Part shown: one piece after another, positions 11,087 through 21,343 of the stretch
Layout: every line of letters starts with the position of its first letter
Numbering within the stretch: the first letter of the stretch is position 1
Assembly: GCF_006345805.1 (NCBI RefSeq)
Contig: NW_021832898.1
Span: 1 to 29,448 of the forward strand
Length of the DNA: 29,448 nucleotides
Direction: 5' to 3'
Source of the DNA: Octopus sinensis
Lineage: Eukaryota
Notes under the pieces: model-generated
Database searches by the model: none
Seen by the model: the letters and a program-made list of their open reading frames with translations, nothing else
What the model was told of the DNA's origin: nothing
Program-made: the position numbers and the translations under genes

Positions 11087-11146
11087 CAGTGTTTCTCAAA
11101 GGGGAGGCCTATGTGACAGTCGGACAAGTTGTTTTGAAAAAATTTG
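11087..11146. mobile_element. 60-bp hAT (Charlie-like) miniature element
   Basis: Left TIR CAGTGTTTCTCAAA; right end TTTGAAAAAATTTG (10/14 match); identical 8-bp flanks GTTTAAAT at 11079-11086 and 11147-11154. Confidence 0.6.
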
Positions 11147-11694
11147 GTTTAAATGTTTGACAACTCAGCACTGTTCATTGGACAGGGGCGTTTTGCTCGT
11201 ATATATATATAAAGAAATGCGTTTATATATTTGTATATATATACATATAATAAATCTCTGAGAGAGTTATAAGCCGTAGCTGCACGACATCGTGAAGTAT
11301 ATTTGCTACTTAAATGTGGCTAAGCCTTTTTCGAGATCAATGACCTTTCGTCACTGGAAAAAGTATAAATATATATATTTGCATTGAGAACAACTTCCCA
11401 TTGCCAACCGGTGGTTGTCATGAGCTGATGACGGGTCAATACCCAGACACTCGGGTCCGTGCGTATCAGGTCAGGCGCGAGATGGGAACGATGACTTCCC
11501 TTTGCAAATACTGATAGGACACAGATAATGTGTCAATAGCCAGCTCGAGGAGATGTCTTCCTGGGTCTAGAAGCTACAGTAGAATACTATGAGCATTTTA
11601 CCCCCTTACTTTACTCCCTCCCCTTACTTAGCGGTCATTCGAATAGCTCTTTTGTCTTAATAACGGTCAATCATAGAATAATTTCCCTTTGTAT

Positions 11695-11893
11695 AACGGT
11701 AATTTTTCATAGCATTTTTCCGATGGCCGGATAACTGAAGAGATGCCAGCGTGGATTTCCACCTCGGCATCCGAAACTCGGAGTTTTATCATAGCTACCG
11801 AATAATTGTCACATAATGTCCTTTACAGATAAATTCCTCTATTTACATAATATCGAGGTCTCTTTCTAGCTTTTGATGCCTTACCAGTTTTAT

Positions 11894-11895
<2 letters not shown>
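11695..11895 (+). mobile_element. pLTR-type repeat, family D, ending at (TA)n
   Basis: Contains the hammerhead at 11730-11790; terminates in (TA)n (11896-11943) like families A and B. The left boundary is uncertain. Confidence 0.5.
11730..11790 (+). ncRNA. putative type I minimal hammerhead ribozyme, canonical core
   Basis: Stem I GATAA/TTATC; core CTGAAGA (11735-11741); stem II GATGCC/GGCATC enclosing a GTGGA/TCCAC hairpin; GAA (11773-11775); stem III ACTC-G-GAGT; predicted GUU cleavage after 11785. Confidence 0.65.
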
Positions 11896-11947
<52 letters not shown>

Positions 11948-12040
11948 TATATATGATGGTGTGTCTTTGTTACTGTGTTGTCCCCCATCGATTAAGTATT
12001 AACTTTATGTTATGACGCAATTTGTTTCTCAATAAACGTA

Positions 12041-12270
12041 CAGTAATCTATCGCGGTTTTTACGTTCCAAAACCTCCCACACAAATAATTAAAATCTAAA
12101 AAAAATATAAATACCTATCTGCTCCAGAAATCCGTGAAATACTGAGGCGCCCGCGATTTAACTTTACAAATATTAGCCAGGAAAGTCTGCTATGTACTGA
12201 CTGCGCGATAGGTGAATCACGATGTAATGTGTGTGTGATAGGTGAACCGCGATATAGCGAAAAATTACTG
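12041..12270 (+). mobile_element. pogo/Tigger-like MITE copy M1
   Basis: TA|CAGTAATC...AATTACTG|TA; body homologous to 12581-12713 and 19660-20046. Confidence 0.8.
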
Positions 12271-12289
12271 TAGTGGCAAATAAATCTAT

Positions 12290-12420
12290 CTTTTTTCTTG
12301 CTCCAGTCATTAGCCTGCAGCTATGCTGAAGCACCCCCTTCAAGAACTTTTAGCCGAGTAAATGTAAACACAACAACACCGGTTGTCAAGTGGTGTTTGC
12401 GTGGTGGGGAAACTGATACG
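12290..12420 (-). mobile_element. SINE family 2 tail fragment with deletion
   Basis: CAGTCATTAGCCTGCAGCTATGCTGAAGCACC..GTAAACAC..GGTTGTCAAG matches parts of 6756-6915. Confidence 0.6.
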
Positions 12421-12455
12421 AAGGCATCCCCATATATATATATTATTATTATTAT

Positions 12456-12830
12456 TATTATTATATTTCGGAATGGTCATTTTGCCAGTTTAGCCAATAA
12501 AAAACACACGCACTATATATTTGGTGTTACTTTGCTTCAGTGTTATTTATTTTTTACATTAATCTTAATCTTATTTCGTACAGTAATCCCTCGACTATCG
12601 GGGTTTTTACGTTCCAAAACCTCCCACAGAAATAATTCAAATCTAAAAAAATATAAATACCTATCTGCCCCAGAAATCCGTGATATACTGAGGCGCCCGC
12701 GATATATAGACTGTACGTCTATTGAGAAACAAATTGAGTCATAACACTGAAGCAAAGTAACACCAAACATATAGTGCGCGTGTTTTTATTGGCTAAACTG
12801 GCAAAATGACCATTCCGAAATATAATAATA
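12456..12830. repeat. ~90-bp near-perfect inverted repeat (12456-12546 / 12741-12830) enclosing MITE M2
   Basis: TATTTCGGAATGGTCATTTTGCCAGTTTAGCCAATAAAAA..GCTTCAGTGTTAT versus its reverse complement; about 3 differences. Confidence 0.9.
12581..12713 (+). mobile_element. pogo/Tigger-like MITE copy M2, rearranged right end
   Basis: TA|CAGTAATCCCTCGACTATCG; near-identical to M1 for about 120 bp; ends GATATATAGACTG|TA. Confidence 0.75.
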
Positions 12831-12904
12831 TCTGTTTCAACACACGACTTCACATAAAAAATCTTGCACAACAAATATATAAACGTATATATATATATAT
12901 ATAT

Positions 12905-13120
12905 GTGTGACCCCGTGAGTACCGCTGGCGATTTTTTTCCTCTGTCTTCCCTTCTCGGGATTTTCCTTCTCCTATGTTTCCAACGAAGAGCTCCGCTCGA
13001 AACGTTAAACCCTCCTTCTTCCCTTCTTTCCTCAGCGTCCAATAACACTTTATTTGTTCCACGTCCTCGCGTTATTGTGTTTTTTTTGGTTTTCTTTTTT
13101 GTTTTCTTGTTTGGATTAAC

Positions 13121-13122
<2 letters not shown>
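12905..13122 (+). mobile_element. family B pLTR-type repeat with variant hammerhead (12976-13010), between (TA)n tracts
   Basis: GTTT-CCAACGA-A-GAGC-TCC-GCTC-GAA-ACGT-T-AAAC; homologs at 5878-5962 and 15622-15855. Confidence 0.7.
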
Positions 13123-13186
<64 letters not shown>

Positions 13187-13187
13187 C

Positions 13188-13325
13188 TACGGAATTCAGT
13201 TTACATCTGCCAAATCCACTCACAAGGCTTTATTGTAGTAGAAGACAGTTGGTCAAGGTGCCATGCAGCGGGACTGAACTCAGAATCATGTGGTTGGGAA
13301 GCAAACTACCTATCACACATGCACG
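13188..13325 (-). mobile_element. SINE family 2 head, degenerate
   Basis: CCAAATCCACTCACAAGGC..AGAAGACA..GGACTGAAC..CATGTGGTTGGGAAGC. Confidence 0.75.
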
Positions 13326-13704
13326 TTTGTTAACCTTCCTGAAATACAATAAAATAAATCACAAGTTGTGATGTTTTCTCCCCGCCTCCATTTTCTACGA
13401 CGCCTGATGAAATATTCATGGGCGCATCCCTATTCACTCCCTGATCAAGTCATAACAACAAATGGATCCTTACTTAATCGATATTGCGTCACCATTGATT
13501 AATGATGCAACGTTTAAATCTTCCGCTTGATTATTTTGACGAAGACAAAAGCATGAGAATATCCATTTATGCAATGATGAGTGATGCGATGTTTATTTGC
13601 ATTATTCTCTGTCTCAGCTTCGTATCCCAAGCGAGAGGTCAAGAGTAAACATAGCTACATCCACCTGATTACGTGATTAGCTTGAAAGAATGAAAAAACT
13701 GGCG

Positions 13705-13973
13705 TTCTCTCTGTTGCGACTACAAGTGTTCCAGATGATTCGATCAACGGAACAACCAGGATATGAAATTAAACACCCCCACGGCCACGCGTGTCCTTAA
13801 TGTGGTTTTCAGGGAGATTCAACAGGACATAGAATGTAACAAGGCCGGCTTTTTGAATCACAGGTACTCAATTTTACCAGCTGAGTGGACTGGAGCAATG
13901 TGAAATGAAATGTCTTGCTCAAGGACACAATAATCTTGAGCCGAATACCCAACCACTTAGCCACGCGCTTTCA
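13705..13973 (-). mobile_element. tRNA-derived SINE (family of 22094-22410)
   Basis: Reverse-complement match to 22094-22410 including CCAGCTGAGTGGACTGGAGCAA and CCACTTAGCCACGCGC. Confidence 0.75.
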
Positions 13974-14105
13974 TTACCCGCCTGAAATTTCTAAAGAGCG
14001 TCCTCATCCTTCAAGAAATAAAAAGCAAGTCGTTCCTATACCGAATTGTGCTTTTTTAAAATGGAGAAAGACAGCTGGGTTGATGTTATTTTAAGAAGAT
14101 ATAAT

Positions 14106-14318
14106 TATTTCTATTATAGGCACAAAGCTTGAAGTTTTGGGGGAGGGGATGAGTCGATTACATCGACCCCAGAATTTCACTGGTACTTAATTTATCGACC
14201 CAGAAAGGATGAAAGACAAAGTCGACCTCGGCGGAATTTGAACTCGGAACGTAGCGACGGGCGAAATACTACTGAGCATTTTGTCCAGCGTGCTAATGAC
14301 TCTGCTAACTCACCGCCT
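14106..14318 (-). mobile_element. SINE family 1 with 17-bp target-site duplication
   Basis: TTTTAAGAAGATATAAT at 14089-14105 and 14319-14335; body is the reverse complement of family 1. Confidence 0.9.
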
Positions 14319-15169
14319 TTTTAAGAAGATATAATAGTCACAACTGTACGTACTTTGATCATAAAAAACCTCGATCCGGTTTGATCTAGGATTAAAGAAA
14401 AAACTCTCGAAAAGCAATCCGTCTTATGAAAAAACAATAAAATAATCGTAGATAAAAAAATTCAATTACATAATATTTACTTGACTGGGGTTTATTTGGG
14501 GTAAAAAGATAAATAACAACAAAAATCAAACAGGGAAAAATCCATTGAACAACCTTGCTGTAGATAAATACTACATGATGGTCATATTGGAACTCCTTAG
14601 GCTATATTTACGCTTGATCTGAGCAGACTTCGCGATAAACAAGAATAACACCAAAGATAACTTGGTCAACATCTAAACTATAGTCATATAATGGCAACAT
14701 GTTATTCCTATTTGAAGCTGTTCCACGAACGCCAGTAAGACTCCTGCCAAATATACGACCGTCGTTTATTAGCATTTATTCCTCTTCCTTGAGATTATAA
14801 AGCTTTTCTATTTAATTATAAAGCAAGGAGAAGGACCTAAAATTGAATAAGTGAAGTAAGTGCTATAAAGATATCACTCCTCCATCTCTCCGTTTTTATT
14901 TACTTTCCCCTCTTTCTGAATCTCTCGCTTCTCTCTCTCTCTCTCACTACTCTCTCTCTCTCACTCTCTCTCCCTCGTGAGGTGTTACCTATACAAATGT
15001 CTGTTTCAACAAAAGTCATACAACTTTGTAATACCAGTGAAAACATCTTCAGAAGGTTAGCCAAACGCTTGTTAAAGAAATAAAGAAATTTGCTTAAAGA
15101 AATAACGTGAGGTTGTGATATTCATGTGTTTGTCCTGATGTAAGTTAATTTATACTAGTCTGGATTTTT

Positions 15170-15220
15170 TTTTACTTATTTCAGTCATTGGACAGCGGTC
15201 TTGCTGAGACACCGCTTAAG
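15170..15220 (-). mobile_element. SINE family 2 tail fragment
   Basis: TTTACTTATTTCAGTCATTGGACAGCGGTCTTGCTGAGACACCGC resembles 6748-6793. Confidence 0.55.
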
Positions 15221-15327
15221 GCGGTATCTAGAGAAGTACAGGGATCCATTCTCTGTAGCTGCCTCCTGGTAACTTTTTTCTAGGCTGTTTCAATGCTATT
15301 CCGCGTTCAAAATTTACTTTAAAGACG

Positions 15328-15367
<40 letters not shown>

Positions 15368-15400
15368 AAGGTACATACGCCTCGAAGGGAAGACCTTACC

Positions 15401-15555
15401 TGTCACTGTGGTTTTGTGGCACAAGCAAAGCAGGCCTTGCCGTCCACTCAAGAAAACACATAATAAATGACCCACAAGCACTTGAACAAACTGAATCCTC
15501 AATTTCTTCCATTTGCAAGGCAACAGCAAGCCTCAAGAGATACATTCGTGTCCAT
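15401..15555 (+). pseudogene. decayed C2H2 zinc-finger-like coding remnant (LINE C-terminus or ZNF pseudogene)
   Basis: CHCGFVAQ(fs)SKAGLAVHSRKH followed by ..SICKATASLKRYIRVH; one frameshift near 15424. Confidence 0.45.
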
Positions 15556-15621
15556 AGAACATGTTTACCATTTTATTTTACTTACCCTTCGTTTGTGTTC
15601 ACGACGAGAGAAAAAATGTGT

Positions 15622-15855
15622 GTAGTGGCTAAGCTCCCTCCCAAAAAGAAACCGAAGAAAAAGCACACGAAAAAAGAAACAACAACGCGAGGACGTGGTA
15701 CATGTAAAGTATTAGCAGACTCTCAGGGAAGGAAAGCAAGGTGGTTTAACGTTTCGAGCAAAGCTCTTCGTTAGAAACAGGAGATAGAGTAAAGTCCAAG
15801 AGAAAAGGAAGACGGAGGCCAAAAAATCGCCAATGATCCACACGTGGTTACATTT
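15622..15855 (-). mobile_element. family B pLTR-type repeat (subfamily) with variant hammerhead (15744-15778)
   Basis: Minus strand GTTT-CTAACGA-A-GAGC-TTT-GCTC-GAA-ACGT-T-AAAC; CAACGCGAGGACGTGG shared with other family B copies. Confidence 0.7.
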
Positions 15856-15976
15856 CGAAACGTATACATACATACATACAAACATATATATATACATATA
15901 TATATACACACGCATATATATATATATGTGTATATACATACATATATATATATATATATTATATATATACACACAC

Positions 15977-16138
15977 AACGGAATTATTTCAGTTTCTGTC
16001 TATCAAATCGCAAATTCTTTCATATGGCATTGGTCGACTGGGAGCTATAACAGATGACATTTGATAATGGTGGCACGTAGTGGGACTGAACCCAGAACAA
16101 TGTGGTTATGAACTAAGCTTCTTTCCACGTTTGCGCTT
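15977..16138 (-). mobile_element. SINE family 2 head, degenerate
   Basis: TTTCAGTTTCTGTCTATCAAATC..GTAGTGGGACTGAACCCAGAACAATGTGGTT. Confidence 0.7.
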
Positions 16139-16521
16139 ATGATTTTCATCGTCAAGAAATAACTCGCAAGGCTGGAAAAGAATTTGATGACCACGACTGA
16201 CTGTTTCTTGAAAAAAATCACACGAAGAAAATATCAAATGATATGCTGCTTAGTTTTAATTTCCATTTGTAATTGATACATTTTAAGAGTTTAAATCTTT
16301 ACAAAATACTTTTGTTTAAATTAATGCTGTAAAAACTTAATCAAAACTGACGTTGTAATTGTAATTATTGTGTGCTAATTATCCCTATAGAAATTATTGT
16401 CAATATCTAGCAGAATTCAAAATGAAGAATCTTTGCTGCATATGTCAAGGACAAAAAACAAAATAAAAACAAAAGAAAATAAGTGATTTTATGGCTGTTA
16501 TCATTAACTTAACAACAATAT

Positions 16522-16706
16522 CGTGACGTGCTGGGAAAATCGTTAGTGAAACGAACAAAATGCGTAGCGATATATTTTCCGGTACTTTACTGTCTGAGTT
16601 CAAAATCCGCAGCGGTCGACTTTGCCTTTTGGGTTCGATAAAACAGGCACCAGTTATACACCGGGGTTGACGTAATCGACATATAGCTGGGCCTGCGCCC
16701 AAATTA
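16522..16706 (+). mobile_element. SINE family 1, degenerate
   Basis: CTGAGTTCAAAATCCGC..GGTCGACTTTGCCTTT..ACCAGTT..GTAATCGAC. Confidence 0.7.
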
Positions 16707-16780
16707 GTGAGCTTAAAATATTCGAAATGATTGGCTAAATACTATAAAGTCAAAGGCGCTTCTGATCAAGACACCATATT

Positions 16781-16998
16781 GGTTTCAAACTATGGCACAA
16801 GGCCAGCAATTTCATAGTAATTTTCGGGTAGAGGTAAGTCAATTAAATGCACTGCAGTGCTCAACTGATACTTTATCGAACCCGGAAAGATAAAAGGCAA
16901 ATTCAACTACAGTGAAATTTGAGTACAGAACGTAAAGACGAACGAATCGTCGCTAAGCATCTTACTCGGCATTCTAAAGATTCTGCCAGCACACCTTA
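16781..16998 (-). mobile_element. SINE family 1
   Basis: GGCACAAGGCCAGCAATTT..AACGTAAAGACG..GATTCTGCCAGC is the reverse complement of family 1. Confidence 0.75.
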
Positions 16999-16999
16999 A

Positions 17000-17215
17000 C
17001 AAAAGTTTTGGCACAAGGCCAGCAAGTTCAGGGGAGAGGGTAAGCCGAGTACATCGAACCCAGTACACAAATAGCACTTATTTTATCGACCTGCGAAAGA
17101 ATGAAAGGATGAAAAGCCGACCTTGGCGGAATTTGAGTTCTGAAAGTAAAAAATGGAGAAGATGGCACTAAGCGTTTTGCTCGGCCTGCGAGAGATTCTG
17201 TCAGCTGGCCGCCTT
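17000..17215 (-). mobile_element. SINE family 1, head-to-tail with the previous copy
   Basis: GGCACAAGGCCAGCAAGTT..CGACCTTGGCGGAATTTGAG..CAGCTGGCCGCCTT. Confidence 0.75.
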
Positions 17216-18379
17216 ATAGTTGTGAAATATTAAAGCTCTGCGTTGGAACTACAGAAAATCAATCTGGCGCATGCTATCAGAAAATTGTTACCTTGGTCTA
17301 AATCAACAGGTGATCAGCCTTTATCTGATGACCTCTGTTGTGCAAATCGATGCAGCACACTAAGAATGTTTCACTTCAGTTTAATTCATTGAGACAGGAG
17401 GAAAATGAAGAGAATGTCTAATCAGCTATAGTGCTTCTTCTTAGCAAATTAGTTTTCTTATGCTATCTGAAGGTATGGAAATTATATTTCATTTCAAACC
17501 GTTCCGACATATACGTGCTGGCATTATTTATCGATTTGTTTTCAATTAAATTCAATTGCAGCTTAACGAAATAATTTCGTTACTGTATTCCAAGTGTTCT
17601 CATGGGCAAATGCATTAAGATGCAACCAAATGAACATGTATGCTCATTAGAAACGATTGAGAAGATTAAGAAAATTAATCCGCTTTCCAAATCAAATAAA
17701 TATGGATTAATACTTATTATTTTGACAGTTGGATAACAACTGGGAGGGCATAATTATAACAATGGGCCAACGAGTTCAACAAATACAACTACAACATCAA
17801 CGATGGTAATAACAAATATATGTTTATTTAAGTCATAAGAAACTTCGAGAAAACGTGAATAATTCGTCTTTAATATTTACAGATGTATTTAGCTTCGTTC
17901 TCACAGGCAGTCTTCGATCTTCCCTATACAAAGGCTTTTTCTAACCCAATGTTTGCATGCTATTACTTATATCTTTATCTACTTCGAGTTGAGCCATTAA
18001 AAACGAAATTTAGCTGCTTATATTATTATTAAAATTATATATTCATCATTTTTACTTCTCAACGTGTTTAGGACTGAATCATCCAATAAGAACTTCCTTC
18101 AATTTAAAACTAACTGTCGTGGTTTGAGGGTGATGTGACTGTGATTCCCGACACGTTTTGTTAGAGGCTAGTTGAAACCTGTTCATTGTTCAGAATAAGG
18201 AAAGATCTTGCTGAAGGTGTGTCTATTGTATCATTATGAAAGTTGTTTAATAAACGAGGTTAAAGCAAATATTACGGCCATAGAAGTACGATCCTGTCCG
18301 TTCTTGTTCGTACGTCATATTTGATTTCAGAGCACCTAATCTTATACACATATATATTTATTCATTGTCACCCATACAT

Positions 18380-18405
18380 GTCCACCCACACGCACATATA
18401 TGAGC

Positions 18406-18450
<45 letters not shown>

Positions 18451-18546
18451 CATACATACATATATATATATATATACATGCATACATATATATATACATA
18501 CATACATATATATATGCATACATACATATATATATACATACATATA

Positions 18547-18582
<36 letters not shown>

Positions 18583-18595
18583 TATGTATATGCAA
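18380..18595. repeat. (TA)n/(CATA)n/(TATG)n compound microsatellite
   Basis: Visible runs. Confidence 0.95.
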
Positions 18596-18944
18596 AATGA
18601 ATTGTTTGCTTTCTAGTCGAGATGCATAGCAAACAGTATAACACAAAACTGAAGGTTTACTTAGAAGTGTTGGCAGAGTCCATGTTTATTAAATATTTAC
18701 ATGCAAGAGGTTGACAGTGACATCGAAGTTTTACACTACTTGCCCTCGTCAGTCAGTCAAACGTTTATTAACTTGTCAAATATGTATATGCATATATGAA
18801 AGGACCACTGCTGTTCTGGTAGAATTTTATCGACATATTCACAGATTACAACTTAATATATAATCTACCCCCGTCAATAGAATTTAAAACTTATATCAAA
18901 CAGGTGGGATAATACATCGATCTCACACAGGCTTCCGAGAAACT

Positions 18945-19206
<262 letters not shown>

Positions 19207-19659
19207 TCTATGGATGGAATTTATAAATATTTTGATACATCGCTACGCGCATTTCCACAACTCATATGTTTCTTATTATCATAGTACGCATTGCTGGGAT
19301 GATTACAGCACAGTCCGTAGTATCCATGGACACTGGGTGGGTCATATTCAGGCGATATGGTGTTAACGTACGAAGCAGCGAATGTATAACTGAAGGTTGT
19401 TTATCAATTTTGATCAATGAAAAGGTTGATTAGGATATGTCGGTAATTCTGTGTGTATTTGGTGGGGAGAAGTAGAAGGTGACGGAAAGAGAGAAAGGAA
19501 TGGTAACTATACAGGAAAGGGAAGTGTGGATGGTGATGTTATTTGGATATTTGAGTATGCAGATGTCAGAACGTGTAGTATAGTTCATTTGTTTGACCTT
19601 ATTCTGGACAGGCGTCCCCTGAATGAATTCAGATGCAGTAGGGTCAACAAGTACAGCTA

Positions 19660-20046
19660 CAGTAATCCCCTGACTATCGCGGGTGTTACGTTCCACCCCC
19701 CTACACCACAGAAATAATTAAAATCTAAAACAGTATAAATACCTATCGCGCAGAAACCCGTGATATACTGAGAAGTTCGCGATATAAATTTACATATACT
19801 AGCCAGAAAAATCTGCAATGTACTGAGTGCGCGATAGGTGAACCGCGATGTTCTGAGTGCGCGATAGGTAAACCGCAATGTACTGCGTGTGCAATAGGTG
19901 AACCGCGAAATACTGAGTGCGCGATAGGTGAACTCTGATGTACTGAGTGCATGTTAGGTGAAGCGCAATGAACTGAAAGCGTGATAGATGAACCGCGATG
20001 TACTGAGTGCGTCTTAGGGTAACCGTGGTATGGCGAGGGATTATTG
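19660..20046 (+). mobile_element. pogo/Tigger-like MITE copy M3 with internal 30-bp tandem array
   Basis: TA|CAGTAATCCC...GAGGGATTATTG|TA; unit GCGATAGGTGAACCGCGATGTACTGAGTGC repeated about 6.5 times at 19814-20030. Confidence 0.85.
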
Positions 20047-21174
20047 TATTCTGTTGCTGGACTTCATCAAGTTGAAACTCTCTTGAAATATCCTTTTAAT
20101 TACTTTTGGTGGTACAATGGAATAGTATTTAACATATGAAAATAATGGTTATTTTGATAAGTTGTTTATATGCTTTTCGCTTGACTGAGGTCAAACCAAT
20201 GAACTATACTATATTACAGTATTGTTTCTTAGCATATTTTTGTTTAAATCATGGAAATTACCTCGGGTGTGTCTTGCTCTTTTATGCATAAGTCTAAGTG
20301 AATTGACTACAAGAGATAAAACCCGACAACGGTCGTGCTGATGACGGTTTCTGAGCTAGAAACAACTCTGCATGATCGTCCACTTATCTCCAAACTATCT
20401 TGTTCTTGACTGTTATCTTATCTTTAGAAAATAAACTTGTACTTTTCTGCGATGGCATGTTAGCTTCAGAAAATTCTTCATTCTTGATAATATCTCTCCT
20501 TGTCGTATGGAGCTTGTCTTCATTGTCTCTTGGTAAATGTGACATGTCCTCAAGAGGCACAAGATGTTTCATATGACGTATTTATTGCTCCGTCTTCAGC
20601 GGTATGACCAACCCATTAGCTATTCGCAAATATATTGTTTAAACAGTCACTAAATTTAGCGTTGTTACAGCAATTGTTGGAACGGTTTGTATATTAAACA
20701 CATTTTTGATAACTGGTACGTAAATACTCAGCGGATAACCTAGTTTACATAGACGTGTTCGCATACGCCGTTATTTTCGCTGCTGGCTTTAGATTCTGTG
20801 GAAAATCTGTAGAAATAAACATAAAAATGAAAAAAATGAAATGCACTAACACAAAACGTTGGACACGATACTGATTTGTAGACTTTTGATATACTTGGCC
20901 CGATAATATGGTTGCAAAACGCAATACGATGTCCCTAGCAACAATTAATATGTACGTATCAGTTACCAGGAATGTGTTTGATATGTAAATTGGTCTGAAA
21001 TATATTCGTGGATAGTTAATGGGTTGCATTTAGCGCTGAAGAAAGCGTAATAACTCTGAAATATGCATATACAGCCGTCACCTATTTTGTTTTCGATCGT
21101 TCTTGTTACAAAGCATCGTAACTTGCAGTGCAGATTCTACATCCTGTAGAGTCTCAAGAAATAAACTTCAACAT

Positions 21175-21343
21175 ATGCGTACATAAATACATACACACAT
21201 ATACATGTATATACATACATATATATATACATACATACAAACAATCATGCATATATACATACATGCATACATGCATACATACATACATACATACATACAT
21301 AAAAACATACATACATACATACATACAATCATGCATACATACA
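21175..21343. repeat. (CATA)n microsatellite
   Basis: Visible run. Confidence 0.95.

Noticed and set aside
13404-17340. Other CTGATGA/CTGAAGA hits (e.g. about 2038, 13404, 17325)
   Set aside because: No downstream stem II, GAA, stem III and UH arrangement, so not hammerheads.
19814-20030. CRISPR-like regular array
   Set aside because: The units are contiguous near-identical repeats with no unique spacers, inside a TA-flanked MITE in eukaryotic DNA.
20384-20572. 62-aa minus-strand ORF MKHLVPLEDM...
   Set aside because: No recognisable homology and no usable splice donor.
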